From Squalus acanthias (lineage: Eukaryota): DNA of 64,000 bases. Below the pieces are notes generated by a model, which made no database searches, had not been told where the DNA came from, and saw nothing but the letters and a program-made list of their open reading frames with translations. Location of the stretch: NCBI GenBank assembly GCA_030390025.1, contig JASTWF010000338.1, positions 62,001 through 126,000 on the forward strand, given 5' to 3'. Both the position numbers and the translations under genes were made by a program. Shown here one piece after another: positions 26,101 through 36,270 of the stretch. How positions within the stretch are numbered: position 1 is the stretch's first letter; each line of letters opens with the position of its first letter.

Positions 26101-26423
26101 GAAGAGGGAGCTTTACTCTGTATCTAACCCGTGCTGCACCTGCCCTGGACTGTTTGATGGGACAGTGTAGAGGGAGCTTTACTCTGTATCTAACCCGTGC
26201 TGTTCCTTCCCTGGGAGTGTTTGATGGGACAATGTAGAGGGATCTTTACTCTGTAGCTAACCCATGCTGTACCTGCCCTGGGAGAATTTGATGGGACAGT
26301 GTAGAGGGGGCTTTACTCTGTATCTAACCCGTGCTGTACTGCCCTGGGAGTTCTTTGATGGGACAGTGCAGAGGGATGCTTTACTTGTATTTACTCGTGC
26401 TGTACCTGCCCTGGATTTGTTTG

Positions 26424-26650
26424 NNNNNNNNNNNNNNNNNNNNNNNNNNNNNNNNNNNNNNNNNNNNNNNNNNNNNNNNNNNNNNNNNNNNNNNNNNNNN
26501 NNNNNNNNNNNNNNNNNNNNNNNNNNNNNNNNNNNNNNNNNNNNNNNNNNNNNNNNNNNNNNNNNNNNNNNNNNNNNNNNNNNNNNNNNNNNNNNNNNNN
26601 NNNNNNNNNNNNNNNNNNNNNNNNNNNNNNNNNNNNNNNNNNNNNNNNNN
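26424..26650. other. Assembly gap (227 N)
   Basis: Run of n characters. Confidence 1.
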
Positions 26651-26942
26651 CTGTCCTTCATTCTGCCAGTAGATTTCACACTTCATTCAGCCTTAATCTG
26701 TCACATTAACACCACCTCTAGCCTTGCATATCTCTTAATGTCTCTTAATGTCTCTTCATCTCCTCCTTTGTTCCTTTATCCCCTTCCCCTTTTCCCAGCT
26801 TTACCCTGGCCTTAAATCTATTTGATTTCCAGCTCTTCCCAGTTCTGATGAAAGGTCATCGACCTGAAACGTCAACTCTCTTGCTCTCTCCACGGATGCT
26901 GCCTGGCCTGCTGAGTTTTTCCAGCGTTTTCTGTTGTTATCT
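26651..26942 (+). mobile_element. Penelope-like element 3' UTR/terminus, second family
   Basis: Pyrimidine-rich tract followed by CTGATGAAAGGTCATCGACCTGAAACGTCAAC...GATGCTGCCTGGCCTGCTGAG...CCAGC; paralog at 35581-35682. The Penelope assignment rests on the hammerhead and on recalled similarity. Confidence 0.65.
26841..26877 (+). ncRNA. Minimal type-I hammerhead ribozyme motif (family B)
   Basis: AGTT CTGATGA A AGGTC atc GACCT GAAA C GTC AACT: helix I AGTT/AACT, helix II AGGTC/GACCT, palindromic ACGT, canonical GUC triplet. Confidence 0.75.
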
Positions 26943-27400
26943 CCGCATCACAGTTCTCCGAAGTGGCTCCTTTACAAAGATGGCGGCGCACGCGCTCTAC
27001 TTCTCCATGAAGCAAGGAGGCAGCGCAAAAACCCTCAGTTTCCTTTACAATGATGGCGGCCGTTAACCCGGGCCTGTTCCCGGGAAAAAGCCTCCGAGCT
27101 GCAAACGCCCGAACCTGTCGGTTCTCATTCGGGGCTTGCGGCCTACACCAGGTGTTTATGAAGTTCACCCATCGGGTGCGTGCCCTCCCGGCGCCCCGCT
27201 GATTCGTAATCGGCCTCAATACCGCGTCAGAAATCTTTCGGCGTGTGTCGCACTCTCACAGCCCTGATCACAGTGGCACTGCGCATGCTCCAAATACAGG
27301 CGGATACTGCGCCTGCGCACTAGTCTCCTCCAGTGTGAACAGGGCACATTCTCCCCGCAGCGCATGCTGGGGAACAGCCCCGCCATTGAAAGCCCCAATT
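26943..27400. promoter_or_regulatory. CpG-rich promoter-like segment with YY1- and NRF1-type motifs
   Basis: TCCTTTACAAwGATGGCGGC twice (26968-26987, 27041-27060; YY1 core); TGCGCATGCTC 27280-27290 and TGCGCCTGCGCA 27308-27319 (NRF1-like); visibly elevated CpG. Confidence 0.6.
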
Positions 27401-27536
27401 AGTGAATGGTGAATGAGTTTCTGTGATCCCATTGAGAGAAAATTCATCAATAATTCACACAGAAACCCAAGTGCACGGGCACTCTGCCATGGTTCAGTCC
27501 TGGATGTGATTAATAACAGAATCCAAACCCCTGCAG

Positions 27537-27640
27537 TCACATGTGAACTCACTGGAGTCTCAGCAGGTGGGGTGAATTTCTTCCCACACACAGGATATTG
27601 AAACAGGCTCTCTCCAGTATCAGTGCGCTGATCGTGCATC
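27537..27640 (-). pseudogene. Degenerate terminal C2H2 zinc finger
   Basis: DQRTDTGESLFQYPVCGKKFT, then frameshifted HLLRLQ*VHM*. Aligns by eye with 2588-2707 and its downstream flank. Confidence 0.75.
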
Positions 27641-27666
27641 AGCTGCTTTGAACTTTGAAAGCTCTT

Positions 27667-28135
27667 AGAGTCATAGAGTTATACAGCACAGAAAGAGGCC
27701 CTTCGGCCCATCGTGTCCACGCCGGCCATCAAGCCTTGTCTATTCTAATCCCATTTTCCAGCACTTGGTCCGTAGCCTTGAATGCTATGGCGTTTCAAGT
27801 GCTCAGCTAAATGCTTCTTGAATGTTGTGAGGGTTCCTGCCTCTGCCACCCTTTCAGGCAGTGAGTTCCAGATTCCAACCACCCTCTGGGTGAAAAAGTT
27901 TTTCCTCAAATCCCCTCTAAACCTCCTGCTCCTTACCTTGAACCTATGCCCCCTGGTTATTGACCCCTCTACTAAGGGGAAAAGTTCCTTTCCATCTACC
28001 CTACCTATGCCCCTCATAATTTTGAACACCTCAATCAGGTCCCCCCTCAGCCTTCTCTGCTCTAAGGAAAACAACCCCAGCCTGTCCAGTCTCTCTTCAT
28101 AGCTGAAGCACTCCAGCCCAGGTAACATCCTGGTG
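27667..28135 (-). mobile_element. CR1-clade LINE 3' end
   Basis: TRMLPGLECFSYEERLDRLGLFSLEQRRLRGDLIEVFK...GKWD* plus 3' UTR. Confidence 0.9.
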
Positions 28136-29467
28136 GATAAAGGGGAACCAGTGGATGTAGTGTATTTAGACTTCCAGAAGGCATTCGACAAGGTGCCACA
28201 TAAAAGATTATTACTCAAGATAAAAAATCACTGGATTGGGGGTAATATTCTGGCATGGGTGGAGGATTGGTTATCTAACAGGAAGCAGAGAGTTGGGATG
28301 AATGGTTCATTCTTGGACTGGCAACCAGTAGCCAGTGGTGTTCCGCAGGGGTCGGTGCTGGGTCCCCAACTCTTTACAATCTATATTAACGATTTGGAGG
28401 AGGGGACCGAGTGTAACATATCAAAGTTTGCAGATGATACAAAGATGGGAGGGAAAGTAGAGAGTAAGGAGGACATAAAAAACCTACAAGGGGATATAGA
28501 CAGGCTGGGTGAGTGGGCAGAGATTTGGCAGATGCAATACAATATTGGAAAATGTGAGGTTATGCACTTTGGCAGGAAAAATCAGAGAGCAAGTTATTAT
28601 CTTAATGGCGAGAAACTGGAAAGTACTGCAGTACAAAGGGATCTGGGGGTCTTGGTGCAAGAAAATCAAAAAGTTAGTATGCAGGTGCAGCAGGTGATCA
28701 AGAAAGCCAATGGAATGTTGGCTTTTATTGCTAGGGGGATAGAATATAAAAACAGGGAGGTATTGCTGCAGTTGTATAGGGTATTGGTGAGACCGCACCT
28801 GGAGTACTGCATACAGTTTTGGTGTCCATACTTAAGAAAAGACATACTTGCTCTCGAGGCAGTACAAAGAAGGTTCACTCGGTTAATTCCGGGGATGAGG
28901 GGGTGGACATACGAGGAGAGGTTGAGTAGATTGGGACTCTACTCATTGGAGCTCAGAAGAATGAGAGGCGATCTTATTGAAACATATAAGATTGTGAAGG
29001 GGCTTGATCGGGTGGACGCGGTGAGGATGTTCCCAATGATGGGTGAAACTAGAACTAGGGGACATAATCTTAGAATAAGGGGCTCCTCTTTCAAAACTGA
29101 GATGAGGAGAAACTTTTTCACTCAGAGGGTAGTGGGTCTGTGGAATTTGCTACCCCAGGAAGCTGTGGAAGCTACTTCATTAAATAAATTTAAAACAGAA
29201 ATAGACCGTTTCCTAGAAGTAAAGGGAATCAGGGGTTACGGGGAGCGGGCTGGAAATTGGACATGAGTTTGAGTTCGGATCGGTCAAGGCCCTGTGGGTG
29301 GCGGAGCGGGCCCAGGGGCCGAGTGGCCTGGTCCTGCTCCTACTTCTTGTGTTCTTTAGAGTTGAGGTTGGATCAGATCAGCCATGATCTCATTGAATGG
29401 CGGAGCAGGCTCGAGGGGCCGATTGGTCTACTCCTGCTCCTATTTCTTATGTTCTTATGTTCTTATG
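28133..29467 (+). mobile_element. CR1-clade LINE, 5'-truncated, open reverse transcriptase frame (28133-29266) and 3' UTR
   Basis: LDFQKAFDKVPH, SGVPQGSVLGP, YINDL, KFADDTK motifs; tail of (TTCTTATG)n. Confidence 0.95.
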
Positions 29468-31590
29468 AATCTCCTCTGCACCCTCTCCAATACAATCACA
29501 TCCTTCCTATAGTGTGGCGACCAGAACTGCATACAGTATTCCAGCTGTAGCCTAACTAGCGTTTTGTACAGCTCCATCATAACCTCCCTGCTCTTATATT
29601 CGATGCCTTGGCTAATGAATGCAAGTATCCCATATGCCTTTTTAACCACCTTATCTGCCTGTCCTGCTGCCTTCAGGGATCTATGTACATGCACACCAAG
29701 GTCCCTCTGATCCTTTGTCCTTCCTAGGGTCCTACCATTCATTGTGTATTCCCTTGCCTTGTTAGTCCTCCCAAAATGCATCACCTTACACTTTTCAGGG
29801 TTAAATTCCATTTGCCACTGTTCTGCCCATCTAACCAACCCATCTATATCGTCCTGTAGCCTGAGGCTTCCCTCCTCGCTATTTACCACTCCACCAATTT
29901 TCGTGTCATCTGTGAACTTACTGATCATACCTCCTACATTCATATCTAAATCATTAATGTACACTACAAACAGCAAAGGACCCAGCACCAATCCCTGCAG
30001 TACACCACTGGACACAGGCTTCCAGTCACAAAAACAACCTTCGACCATCACCCTCTGCCTCCTGCCACTAAGCCAATTTTGGATCCAATGTGCCAAATTG
30101 CCCTGGATCCCATGGGCTCTTACCTTCTTGACCAGTCTCCCATGCGGGACTTTGTCAAAAGGCTTACTGAAGTCCATGTAGACTACATCAACTGCACTAC
30201 CCTCATCCACGCACCTAGTCACCCCCTCGAAAAATTCAATCAAATTGGTTAGACATGATCTCCCCCTGACAAAGCCATACTGACTATCCTTGATTAATCC
30301 TTGCCTCTCCAAGTGGAGACTAATTCTGTCCCTCAGAATTTTTTCCAATAATTTCCCTACCACTGATGTTAGGCTCGCTGGCCTGTAATTCCCTGGTTTA
30401 TCCCTACTACCCTTCTTGAATAATGATACTATGTTACCTGTCCTCCAGTTCTCTGGCACCTCCCCTGTGGCCAGAGACGTTCTGTAAATTTGTGTCAGAG
30501 CCCCTGCAATCTCCTCCCTTGCCTCACACAGCAGCCTGGGATACATCTCGTCAGGGCCTGGGGATTTATCCACTTTTAAGCCCGCTAAAACCGCTAGTAC
30601 CTCCTCCCTCGCAATGCTAATTTGTTCAAGTATAACACAATCCCCCTGCCTGATTTCTATGCCTACATCGTCCTTCTCGATAGTGAACACAGATGCAAAA
30701 TATTCAATTAAAACCTCACCCACATCTTCAGGCTCTACACACAGATTGCCACTTTGGTCCCTAATGGGCCCTACTCTTTCCCTGGTTATCCTCTTGCCCT
30801 TAATATACTTATAAAACACCTTGGGATTTTCCTTTATTTTGCCCACCAGTGTTTTTTCATGCCCCCTCTTCGCTCTCCTGATTTTTTTTATACTCCTTTC
30901 TATACTCCTCTAGGGCTTCCATTGTTTTTAGTCCTTTGTATCTGCCAAAAGCCTCCCTTTTTTCCCGAATCCATTCTCGTATATCTCTTGACATCCAGGG
31001 TTCCCTGGGCTTGTTGGTCCCACCCTTGACCTTTACGGGAACATGTTGCCGTTGTACTCTCTCTATTTCCTTTCTGAAAGACTCCCACTGCTCTGATGTG
31101 GATTTTCCGACAAGTAGCTGATCCCAGTCCACTTTGGCCAGATCCTGCCTTATCATATTAAAATCGGCCTTCCCCCAATTTAAAACGTTTATTTCCGGTC
31201 CATCTTTGTCCTTATCCATGACGACCTTAAATCTCACCGAATTATGGTCACTGTCACCAAAATGCTCTCCTACTGACACTTCTACCACTTGCCCGGCTAC
31301 ATTCCCTAGAATTATGTCCAGTACCGCCCCCTCTCTTGTTGGACTTTCTACATGCTGGCTCAAAAAGCTCTCCTGGATGCACTTTAAGAATTCCGCACCC
31401 ATTAAGCCTTTCACATTCTTACTATCCCAGTTAATATTGGGGAAGTTGAAATCCCCTACTATTATTACCCTATTATTTCTACACTTCTCTGAGATTTGCC
31501 TACATATCTGTTCCTCTATCTCCCCCTGACTGTTTGGGGGCCTATAGTCCACTCCCAGCAAAGTGCTTGTCCCCTTTTTGTTTTTTGATG
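29466..31590 (-). mobile_element. CR1-clade LINE ORF2 fragment: APE endonuclease plus RT, frameshifted near 30850-30890, 3' end missing
   Basis: YRPPNS, IIVGDFNFPNINW, PTREGAVLD, SDHNSVRF (endonuclease); PGNYRPASLTS, YINDL, KFTDDTK (RT). Confidence 0.95.
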
Positions 31591-31620
31591 GAAGCCATTT
31601 GGCCTGTCGAACCTGCTCCG

Positions 31621-31967
31621 AGGTAGATGCTGAGAGGATATTTCCCCTCATGGGGGAATCTAGAACGAGGGGGCACAGTCTCAGAATAAAGGGTCGCCCA
31701 TTTAAAACTGAGATGAGGAGGAATTTATTCTCTCAGATGGTCGTGAATCTGTGGAATTCTCTACCCCAGAGAGCTGTGGAGGCTGGGTCATTGAATATAT
31801 TTGAGGTGGAGATCGACAGATTTCTGAATGGTAAGGGAGTTGAGGGTTATGGGGAGCGGGCAGGGAAATGGATTTGAGGTCAAGATCAGATCAGACATGA
31901 TCTTATTGAATGGTGGAGCAGGCTCGAGGGGCCGAATGGCCGACTCCAGCTCCTACGTCTTATGTTC
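31621..31967 (+). mobile_element. CR1-clade LINE short 3' end
   Basis: VDAERIFPLMGESRTRGHSLRIKG...WNSLPQ plus GGCTCGAGGGGCCGAATGGCC tail. Confidence 0.9.
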
Positions 31968-32013
31968 AACCAACGTCCAGTCTGTGAGACTCGTGCACCT
32001 GAATCAACAGTGT

Positions 32014-32132
32014 AAATGTGGGGACTGTGGGAATGGATTCAGTTGCCCGTCTGAGGTAGAAAGTCATGGATACAGTCACACCGGGGACAGGCCATTCACT
32101 GGCTGTGTGTGGAAAGAGATGCACTCACTCAT
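32014..32132 (+). pseudogene. C2H2 zinc-finger remnant, 5' part
   Basis: [30 protein letters not shown], then frameshifted VCGKRCTHS. Confidence 0.8.
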
Positions 32133-32956
32133 AAGAACAGCAGGGAGGTTGTGCTTAAACTATATTAAACACTAGTTAGGCCTCAGCTAGAGTACTGCGT
32201 GCAGTTCTGGTCACCACATTACAGGAAGGATGTGATTGCACTAGAGGGTCCAGAGGAGATTTACGAGGATGTTGCCTAGACTGGAGAATTTTAGCTATGA
32301 GGAAAGATTGGATAGGCTGGGGTTGTTTCCTTTGGAACAGAGGAGGCTGAGGGGAGACCTTATTGAGGTGTATAACATTATATGGAGCCCAGATAGAGTG
32401 GCTAGAAAGGACTTATTTCCCTCAGCAGAGGGGTCAACATCCAGGGGGCACAGATTTAAAGTAATTGGTAGGAGGCTTAGAGGAGATTTGAGGAGAAATT
32501 TCTTCACCCACAGGGTGGTGGGGGTCTGGAACTCACTGCCTGAAAGGGTGGTAGAGGCAGAAACCCTCACCACATTTAAAAAGTACTTGGATGTACACTT
32601 GAAGAGCCGTAACCTACAGGGCTACAGACCAAGAGCTGGGAAGTGGGACTAGGCCGGAGAGCCGTAACCTACAGGGCTACGGACCAAGAGCTGGGAAGTG
32701 GGACTAGGCCGGAGAGCCGTAACCCACAGGGCTACGGACCAAGAGCTGGGAAGTGGGATTAGGCCGGAGAGCCGTAACCCACAGGGCTACGGACCAAGAG
32801 CTGGGAAGTGGGATTAGGCTGGAGAGCCGTAACCCACAGGGCTACGGACCAAGAGCTGGGAAGTGGGACTAGGCCGGATGGCTCTTTGTCGGCCGGCGCG
32901 GACACGATGGGCCGAAATGGCCTCCTTCCGTGCCGTGAATGTCTCTGATTCTATGA
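32131..32956 (+). mobile_element. CR1-clade LINE 3' end with an internal tandem amplification
   Basis: ORF 32269-32652 [31 protein letters not shown]...GKWD*. Confidence 0.9.
32603..32877 (+). repeat. 55-bp tandem repeat, 5 copies, derived from the LINE ORF2 end
   Basis: AGAGCCGTAACCyACAGGGCTACrGACCAAGAGCTGGGAAGTGGGAyTAGGCyGG at 32603, 32658, 32713, 32768, 32823. Confidence 0.95.
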
Positions 32957-33003
32957 TCAGGATCAGGAGCAGGAGTCGGCCATATGGCCCCTCGAGCCTG
33001 CCC

Positions 33004-33088
33004 CATCTCACCTACTGACACACCAGCATGTTCGTAATGGGGAGAATCCGTTCACTGCTCTGTATGTGGAAAGGGATTCAATCGATCA
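33004..33088 (+). pseudogene. C2H2 zinc-finger remnant, continuation of 32014-32132
   Basis: SHLLTHQHVRNGENPFT, then frameshifted [11 protein letters not shown]. Confidence 0.8.
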
Positions 33089-34872
33089 GAGGCTGAGACA
33101 GGAGGAATTATTCTGGGGAATAAGGAAATGGCAGAAACGTTAAATATTTTGTATCTGTCTTCACAGTAGAAGACACAAAAAGCACCAAAAATAGTGGGGA
33201 ACCAAGGGTCTAATGAGGGGGAGGAACTTAACGTAATTAATATCAGTAGAGAAAAAGTACTTGAGAAACTAATGGGACTAAAAGCCGACAAATCCCCTGG
33301 ACCTGACGGCCTACATCTGAGGGTTCTAAAAGAGGTGGCTGCAGAGATAGTGGATGCATTGGTTGTGATCTTCCAAAATTCCCCAGATTCTAGAACAGTC
33401 CCAGCGGATTGGAAGGTAGCAAATGTAACACCGCTATTCAAGAAAGGAGGGAGAGAGAAAACAGGGAACTACAGGCCAGTTAACCTGACATCAGTCGTTG
33501 GGAAAATGCTGGAATCCACTGTAAAGGAAGTGGTAATAGGACACTGAGAAAATAATAACATGATTAGGCAGAGTCAACATGGTTTTATAAGGGAAATCGT
33601 GTTTAACAAATTTATTAGAGTTTTTTGAGGATGTAACTAGCAGGATAGATAAAGGGGAACCAGTGGATGGAGTATATTTGGATTTCCAAAAGACATTCGA
33701 TAAGGTGCCACATAAAAGGTTATTACACAAGATTAGGGCTCATGGGGTTGGGGGTAATATAGCAGCATGGATAGAGGATTGGTTAACGGACAAAAAACAG
33801 AGAGTCGGGATAAACGGATCTTTTTCAGGTTGGCAGGCTGTAACTAGTGGGGTGCCGCAAGGATCAGTGTTAGGGCCTCAGCTATTTACAATCTATATTA
33901 ATGAGCTAGATGAAGGGACCGAGTGTAATGTATCCAAGTTTGCTGATGATACAAAGCTAGGTGGGACAGTAAGCTGTGAGGAGAACACAAAGAGTCTGCA
34001 AAGGGATATAGATAGACTAAGTGAGTGGGCAGTAAGGGGGCAGATGGAGTATAATGTAGGGAAATGTGAGGTTATTCACTTTGGTAGGAAGAATAGAAAA
34101 ACAGAATATTTTTTAAATGGTGAGAAACTTTCAAATGTTGGTGTTCAGAGAGATTTGGGTGTCCTCGTGCAAGACACACAGAAAGCTAGCATGCAGGTAC
34201 AGCAAGCAATAAGGAAGGCAAATGGCATGTTGGCCTTCATTGCAAGGGGTTGGAGTATAAGAGTAAGGAAGTCTTGCTACAATTGTACAGGGCCTTGGTG
34301 AGACCACACCTGGAGTACTGTGCATAGTTTTGGTCTCCTTATCTAAGTAAGGATATACTTGCCTTGGAGGCGGTGCAATGAAGGTTGACGAGATTGATTC
34401 CTGGGATGAGAGGGCTGTCCAATGATGAGAGATTGTGTAGAATGGGCCTATACTCTCTGGAGTTTAGAAGAATGAGAGGTGATCTCATTGAAACATACAA
34501 GATTCTGAAGGGGATTGACAGGGTAGATGCTGAGAGGTTGTTTCCCCTGGCTGGAGTGTCTAGAACTAGGGACATAGTCTCAGGATAAGGGGTCGGCCAT
34601 TTAAGACTGAGATGAGGAGGAATTTATTCACTCAGAGGGTTGTGAATCTTTGGAATTCTCTGCCCCAGAGGGCTGTGGATGTTCAGTCTTTGAGTATATT
34701 CAAGGCTGAGATAGATAGATTTTTGGACTCTAGGGGAATCAAGGGATATGGAGACCGGGTGGGAAAGTGGAGTTGAGGTCGATGATCAGCCATGATCTTA
34801 TTGAATGGCGGAGCAGGCTCGAGGGGCCGTATGGCCGACTCCTGCTCTTATTTCCTATGTTCTTATGTTCTT
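33089..34872 (+). mobile_element. CR1-clade LINE RT region and 3' UTR, several frameshifts and stops
   Basis: ORF pieces 33194-33547, 33663-34301 and 34385-34588 with KSPGPDG, GNYRPV, GVPQGSVLGP, KFADDTK. Confidence 0.93.
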
Positions 34873-34955
34873 CTCTGCTGGGTTTTGGCAGGAATCGAGG
34901 AAAAAACAGCTGGAAATTCCCTGATCTGTGATTTACAAGGACACTTTCCCTGGTG

Positions 34956-35535
34956 CATAAGAAACAGGAGCTGGAGTCGGCCATTCGGCCCCTCGAGCCT
35001 GCTCCGCCATTCAATAAGATCATGGCTGATCTGATCTTGGCCTCAACTCCACTTTCCTGCCCGCTCCCCATAACCCTTGATTCCCCTGTTTTTCAAAAAT
35101 CTGTCGATCTCCACCTTGAATATATTCAATGACTCCAGCCTCCACAGCTCTCTGGGGTAGAGAATTCCACAGATTCACGACCCTCTGAGAGAAGAAATTC
35201 CTCCTCATCTCCGTTTTAAATGGGTGACCCCTTATTCTGAAACTATGCCCCCTCGTTCTAGATTCCCCCATGAGGGGAAACATCCTCCCTGCATCGACCC
35301 TGTCAAGCCCCCTCAGAATCTTATGTTTCAATAAGATCACCTCATTCTTCTAAACTCCAATGAGTATCGGCCCAACCTGCTCAACCTTTCCTCATAAGAC
35401 AACCCCTTCAACTGAAGAATCAACCTCGTGAAGCTTCTCTGAACTGCCTCCAATGCAAGTGTATCCCTCCTTCAATAAGGAGAGTGAAACTGTCCGCAGT
35501 ACTCCAGGTGTGGTCTCACTAACGCCCTGTGCAGT
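34956..35535 (-). mobile_element. CR1-clade LINE 3' end
   Basis: KILRGLDRVDAGRMFPLMGESRTRGHS...WNSLPQ plus the shared 3' tail. Confidence 0.9.
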
Positions 35536-35580
35536 GGTTCCCAGCAGTTACTTTTCTTCAGTAATGTTCTCGATCACAAT

Positions 35581-35682
35581 GTTCTGACGAAAGGTCATCG
35601 ACCTGAAACGTTAACTCTGTTTCTCTCTTCACAGATGCTGCCTGACCTGCTGAGTATCTCCAGCATTTTCTGTTTTTATTTC
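35581..35682 (+). mobile_element. Penelope-like terminus, family B, with hammerhead motif at 35581-35615
   Basis: GTT CTGACGA A AGGTC atc GACCT GAAA C GTT AAC, followed by a tail paralogous to 26878-26942. Confidence 0.68.
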
Positions 35683-35894
35683 TCTATCACTAAACTGCCC
35701 CCTGCTGTTAATGATGTCATCTCTTATAGTTTCACAATTACACGTATAAACATCACACATTATAATCTGATCTATTCTATTACTCACTCTGGTTTAAGCT
35801 GATATTGTGGTTAGTAACAGACAGAACCTGTTTTTCCCCTGATCTGATTACAGACTCCAACATGTCGATTCAGAGAATGGAATGTCTTATCAGT

Positions 35895-35908
35895 GTTGCC
35901 ATGGCGAC
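35895..35908. promoter_or_regulatory. RFX X-box-like palindrome
   Basis: GTTGCCATGGCGAC, one mismatch from GTTGCCATGGCAAC. Confidence 0.4.
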
Positions 35909-36029
35909 CTGTCTGCAGTGAAAGGCCTGTTTGAGTTTCTAACTCAGACTAAACTTCTCTCTCCCACAATACACATTATATCAGACATTTAATGTCAATG
36001 TATTTTAGCCATGTTATGTTAATATCTCT

Positions 36030-36270
36030 AAAATCTACAGGGAGATCAGATACACAAATCTTTAAAAGTTGGAGGACAAGTTTATAAAGTGGTTTAAAAA
36101 TGTTACCCGAGGTTTTTTATAAATGGGGCGTAGAAAACAAAACCATCGGTTCGGCTGCAGTTAGAACAAGTTTTGGGCATCTTCCACTAGGAAGGATGTC
36201 GGGGCCACAGAGAGGCTGCAGAATCGATTCACTGAGGTTATACCACGGATGAGAGGCTTTAGTTATCAGA
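36030..36270 (+). mobile_element. Highly degenerate CR1-like fragment
   Basis: Decayed traces of the HKSLKV, FWA..RKD and LERLQNRFT blocks; seen by eye only. Confidence 0.45.

Larger units (their letters stand above)
2708..26423 (+). repeat. 67-bp satellite array 1 (~23.7 kb, interrupted by Penelope fragments)
   Basis: Head-to-tail GGGAGTGTTTGATGGGACAGTGTAGAGGGAGCTTTACTCTGTATCTAACCCGTGCTGTACCTGCCCT with no unique spacers. Confidence 0.99.

Noticed and set aside
2708..26423. CRISPR array interpretation of the periodic repeat
   Set aside because: Monomers are contiguous with no unique spacers, there are no cas genes, and the context is eukaryotic
3243..26423. Short ORFs such as [35 protein letters not shown]
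   Set aside because: They are translations of the 67-bp monomer cycling through frames, mostly with non-ATG starts; not genes
26257..26815. ORFs spanning the N run
   Set aside because: Artefacts of the assembly gap
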